Source of the DNA: Micavibrio sp.
Lineage (GTDB): Bacteria; Pseudomonadota; Alphaproteobacteria; Micavibrionales; UBA9664
Length of the DNA: 64,000 nt
NCBI GenBank assembly: GCA_002699085.1
Contig: PAAR01000028.1
Coordinates: forward strand, 80,588 to 144,587
Direction of reading: 5' to 3'
Positions 60,826-64,000 of this stretch are shown in pieces. The notes under the pieces were generated by a model, which was given only the letters and a program-made list of their open reading frames with translations, was not told where the DNA came from and ran no database searches. A program made the translations under genes and the position numbers. Within the stretch, counting starts at the first letter, position 1; the number at the start of each line of letters is the position of its first letter.

Positions 60826-61903
60826 GGCTAGTGTTGCTTTGTGCACGGTGTAGTGCGATTACAAAACGAGCGAGCGTATGATCGATAATCATGTTTTGTG
60901 CTTTCGCAAAAGCAATAACAGCTTGTTTCAATTTTTCTCGTTCTTCTGAGTAACGAGCGATAGCTATTTTATCTGATTGATTTTTACGACGTCTCATTTT
61001 TCGGCTAACACTGAATGAAAAGCCGTCTTGCTTTTCAATGTCTCTAAGGACACTATTTGCTAACGGTTCTAAAACAGAATCTTTTAAGTTCTCAATGGTT
61101 CGGATTGAATGAATGCCATTGTGCCCAAGCCGTGCGTATATAATTGTTTCTTTTCGTTCAACACAGGCAAGAATATCATTACGGTATTTTTCTAATAGAT
61201 TAGCTGTTTGGTGACTTTTAACAGTGTTATCAATGATTAAAATAAAAGGAAATCTTTTGGGAGGATTTTCAGCATCTCGGTACCACTGCGCACATAAAGA
61301 GTGTTCACGACTTTTTTGCGCTAAGGTTGTTAGATGTTGTGTGCTAAGACGCTTTAAGTTCATGCCGAGTTTGTCATCTTTATGAGCAACATCTCGAGCG
61401 TCTCTTGTAATGATTAAATCGGCACGTTTTCGTAATAAAAAGCGCCATAAATAAGGATCTTTTGTCCCGCTTTTATCCGATTGAACAACAGAACGAACCT
61501 TGCCAAATCCTGCCCGATGCACAGCTGAACCGATTGACCAGCGTACACATTCATCAATCCAAACACGGTAAGGTGTTTGTGGTTCACCCATGACAGCCGA
61601 ATATATAGGGCGATAGTTTTCCATCATAAAACTTTCAGCGATATCGATATGACGGGCTTTTAGTCTTGGATATTTTTGTCTTATTTCGTTACGAGATTTT
61701 TTCTGGGCAAGTAATGTCCATATATCGGCAACAGAAATTGGCGAAAAATGCTTTTTGCGCGGTGTATAAACAATAGCTTTTTTGGGGTCAATTTCCCCCT
61801 TAAATGGTTTTGTTGATCTTTGTGGTTGGTCGGACGATTGTTCCGCCTCTACACCATCATACATTTTTGTGTCCCTGTTTTCGTTGATTATAGGAAACAG
61901 CAT
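60746..61903 (-). CDS. fusion protein: DUF433-like HTH + DUF5615/Mut7-C PIN-like domain + unassigned C-terminal region
   Basis: [37 protein letters not shown] fits the DUF433 pattern. VWIDECV...[23 protein letters not shown] fits the DUF5615 pattern (DEN/C...TRD.DF). A likelier start is Met14 (61864, SD AGGGA). Confidence 0.5.
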   Translation of the reverse strand: MLFPIINENRDTKMYDGVEAEQSSDQPQRSTKPFKGEIDPKKAIVYTPRKKHFSPISVADIWTLLAQKKSRNEIRQKYPRLKARHIDIAESFMMENYRPIYSAVMGEPQTPYRVWIDECVRWSIGSAVHRAGFGKVRSVVQSDKSGTKDPYLWRFLLRKRADLIITRDARDVAHKDDKLGMNLKRLSTQHLTTLAQKSREHSLCAQWYRDAENPPKRFPFILIIDNTVKSHQTANLLEKYRNDILACVERKETIIYARLGHNGIHSIRTIENLKDSVLEPLANSVLRDIEKQDGFSFSVSRKMRRRKNQSDKIAIARYSEEREKLKQAVIAFAKAQNMIIDHTLARFVIALHRAQSNTSPKQKPQSLQPASHQDHLVPLHRASLG

Positions 61904-61914
61904 GGGGATGTGGC

Positions 61915-61944
61915 AATTAAAAAACCGCTCCTAAGAGCGGTTTT
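61915..61944 (-). terminator. intrinsic terminator downstream of rpsU
   Basis: The minus strand reads aaaaccgctc-ttag-gagcggtttttt, about 30 nt after the rpsU stop and immediately upstream of ORF 60746..61903. Confidence 0.75.
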
Positions 61945-61975
61945 AAACAATTTAATTCTATTTCTAGAGATGATA

Positions 61976-62173
61976 TTAGAAAGAGCTGTTCTTTCTTTGT
62001 GTTTTGCGTGAACGACGAATATTTTCTGATTTTTCACGTGCTTTTTGTTCAGACGGCTTTTCGTAATGGCGTCTTTTTTTCAACTCACGGAACAGGCCTT
62101 CACGTTGCATTTTCTTCTTTAAAACGCGTAACGCTTGGTCAATATTGTTATCACGAACATTTACATGTACTAT
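61976..62173 (-). CDS. rpsU: 30S ribosomal protein S21
   Basis: Not in the ORF track. The minus-strand translation (I)[64 protein letters not shown] is unmistakably S21. SD GAGGTGA lies 6 nt upstream of ATA, and an in-frame TAA lies immediately before ATA. There is no ATG/GTG/TTG. Confidence 0.8.
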   Translation of the reverse strand: MVHVNVRDNNIDQALRVLKKKMQREGLFRELKKRRHYEKPSEQKAREKSENIRRSRKTQRKNSSF

Positions 62174-62281
62174 TTAAATCACCTCATTTCGGTAGTACTG
62201 GATCGTGTTATGCGGCAATGAGCCACTTTTGTCAAATGAAAATGACAAAAAATAATTATAACGTATTAAGGTTAAGAAACC

Positions 62282-63928
62282 GTGAAACACTTATATTTGC
62301 TAGCTATTTTACTTTCCTTGGTCTTTTTTTCTGGAATAACCGTTGCACAAGATTTCCGTCCTGTTCCAGAAATCGCTAGTGAGATCGTACCAAAACAGAG
62401 CATTATGGCACAAAAATACGTAGCTGTTACGGCCAATCCTTTGGCGACAAAAGCGGCTTATGATGTGTTGAAACAAGGTGGTTCTGCGCTGGACGCTGCA
62501 ATAGCAGCGCAGGCAATTCTAGGCTTGGTTGAGCCGCAATCTTCGGGGTTAGGCGGTGGTGCGTTCCTCGTTTACTACGATAAAGCTAAGAATAAAATAA
62601 CGACATTAGATGGCCGTGAGATTTCTCCGAAAACCATAAAGCCAAATGTGTTTGAAGGAAAAGATTTCTATAAAGCGGTTCTAAGCGCTGACTCTGTAGG
62701 TGTACCTGGCACGCCAGCTTTATTGGCGGAGATGTATGAAAGATCGAGTAGCCAGATACCGCTTATTGATTTATTGCAGCCTGCCATTGATTTGGCGGAA
62801 GCTGGGTTTGAGGTGTCTCCAAGATTGCAGGGTGCTATTGATAATGAAATTAAAAATAATCGGGTAAGCGCTGATTTTACAAACTATTTCACAGGTGATG
62901 CTGTAATAAAAAATCCGGCTTATGCCCAAACATTAAGCTATTTAGCCGATTACAGGACGGTACCACAACAGACATTGGCTGAACGGTTAAAAGCGATCGG
63001 CAGTGAGATTACGGAAGCTGATTTGAATGAGTATAAAGTGATTGAAAGAGAGCCTATTTGTGGGTTTTACCGAGGGTATAAAATCTGTTCTATGGATGAG
63101 CCTTCTTCTGGCGGCATTACCATTTTGCAAATATTAGGCATGATTGAGAATTTCCCTATACAGCATTGGGGGGGCGATGATGTGAGGTCTTGGCATGTGA
63201 TTGCCGAGGCGAGCCGTTTAGCATTTAAAGATCGTAATCACTATATTGCCGATCCAGATTTTATAGAATCTAAGAAGGCCAAACTTATTGATAAGGCATA
63301 TTTAAAAGACCGTGCCAGCTTAATCAACGTGACGAAAAGGAATGATAATGTCACGGTCGGTGACCCTGATAAAGAGGGTGGTACAAGCCACATCTCAATC
63401 GTTGATGCTCAAGGTAATATTGTCTCAATGACGACAACAATAGAAAGTGCGTTTGGCTCACATTACATGGTCGATGGCTATTTCTTAAATAATGAACTCA
63501 CCGACTTTTCATTTGAAACAGTCGATGAGAATGGCAAATTGATCGCTAATCGTGTGGAAGGCCGTAAAAGACCAAGGTCTTCGATGGCGCCGACCATTGT
63601 TTTTGACCCAATGGGTAAACCTTTTATGGTTTTAGGGTCAGCGGGTGGCAGTCGTATTATTGGCTATGTTGTACAACGTATTATTGCGGCGATTGATTGG
63701 GGACTCCCATTAAAAACATCTCTGGATATGCCAAATATTTTGTCTCGCGGGGAAGAGATGGAAGTAGAAAATGGTTTCCAAGGTGCTCTTTTGGAACAAT
63801 TGGTAAAAAAAGGACATCAAGTAGTGGTGGGTGAGCAAAATAGTGGCCTTACAGCTATTCAATTTATAGGTAATGGCATGCAGTCTTATGCTGATCCAAG
63901 ACGTGAGGGTGTCGCATTAGGTGAATAA
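62282..63928 (+). CDS. ggt: gamma-glutamyltransferase
   Basis: 548 aa, GTG start, signal peptide. Autoprocessing site GGTSHISIVD and the GGSRII motif. Confidence 0.9.
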   Translation: MKHLYLLAILLSLVFFSGITVAQDFRPVPEIASEIVPKQSIMAQKYVAVTANPLATKAAYDVLKQGGSALDAAIAAQAILGLVEPQSSGLGGGAFLVYYDKAKNKITTLDGREISPKTIKPNVFEGKDFYKAVLSADSVGVPGTPALLAEMYERSSSQIPLIDLLQPAIDLAEAGFEVSPRLQGAIDNEIKNNRVSADFTNYFTGDAVIKNPAYAQTLSYLADYRTVPQQTLAERLKAIGSEITEADLNEYKVIEREPICGFYRGYKICSMDEPSSGGITILQILGMIENFPIQHWGGDDVRSWHVIAEASRLAFKDRNHYIADPDFIESKKAKLIDKAYLKDRASLINVTKRNDNVTVGDPDKEGGTSHISIVDAQGNIVSMTTTIESAFGSHYMVDGYFLNNELTDFSFETVDENGKLIANRVEGRKRPRSSMAPTIVFDPMGKPFMVLGSAGGSRIIGYVVQRIIAAIDWGLPLKTSLDMPNILSRGEEMEVENGFQGALLEQLVKKGHQVVVGEQNSGLTAIQFIGNGMQSYADPRREGVALGE

Positions 63929-64000
63929 CCTTAAAAAAATGCTATTAAGTCGTTCACAGGCTGCTTTATACCTTCTATACTAATTGGAGTGAATAAAGGA

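Noticed and set aside
61999-62379. 126-aa plus-strand ORF between the PIN-like gene and ggt.
   Set aside because: It is antisense to the clearly recognisable rpsU gene and overlaps the ggt start. No motif is present.

Overview
The window reads as a compact chromosomal core region of an alphaproteobacterium. It is moderately AT-rich, and no intergenic gap exceeds about 330 nt. The lineage call rests on the ChpT phosphotransferase, a GcrA-like regulator, RpoH, CarD, an ELM1-family protein, a DUF2336-like protein, membrane H+-PPase and PPDK. I support about 62 protein genes, nearly all housekeeping. They include purB, ppdK, carA/carB (unlinked), pgk, rpoH, fdxA, the rpiB-glyA-nrdR-ribE-nusB string, hppA, folD, acnA, lepA, purH, pmm/galU, pepP, trxB, greA, rpsU and ggt. 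I found no rRNA, tRNA, CRISPR array, transposase, integrase or prophage block. I found no convincing defence island or clearly novel multi-gene system, and I do not want to overstate that.

The items most worth a second look are:
- A translationally coupled pair of MotB-like proteins plus a 969-aa secreted beta/TPR giant, with no MotA-type partner in the window.
- A fused DUF433-like/PIN-like (DUF5615-type) protein behind the rpsU terminator.
- An rpsU gene (missed by the ORF track) that has no canonical start codon and apparently initiates at ATA.
- A family of structured REP/BIME-like palindromic repeats after highly expressed genes, with compensatory substitutions.
- A candidate small RNA with CCUCC anti-Shine-Dalgarno motifs, plus tandem terminator-like hairpins in the long hppA leader.
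- A catalytically degenerate metallophosphoesterase homologue next to rpoH.
- Two orphan proteins I cannot assign to any family.

All functional calls come from motif and family recognition by eye. No database search was run.
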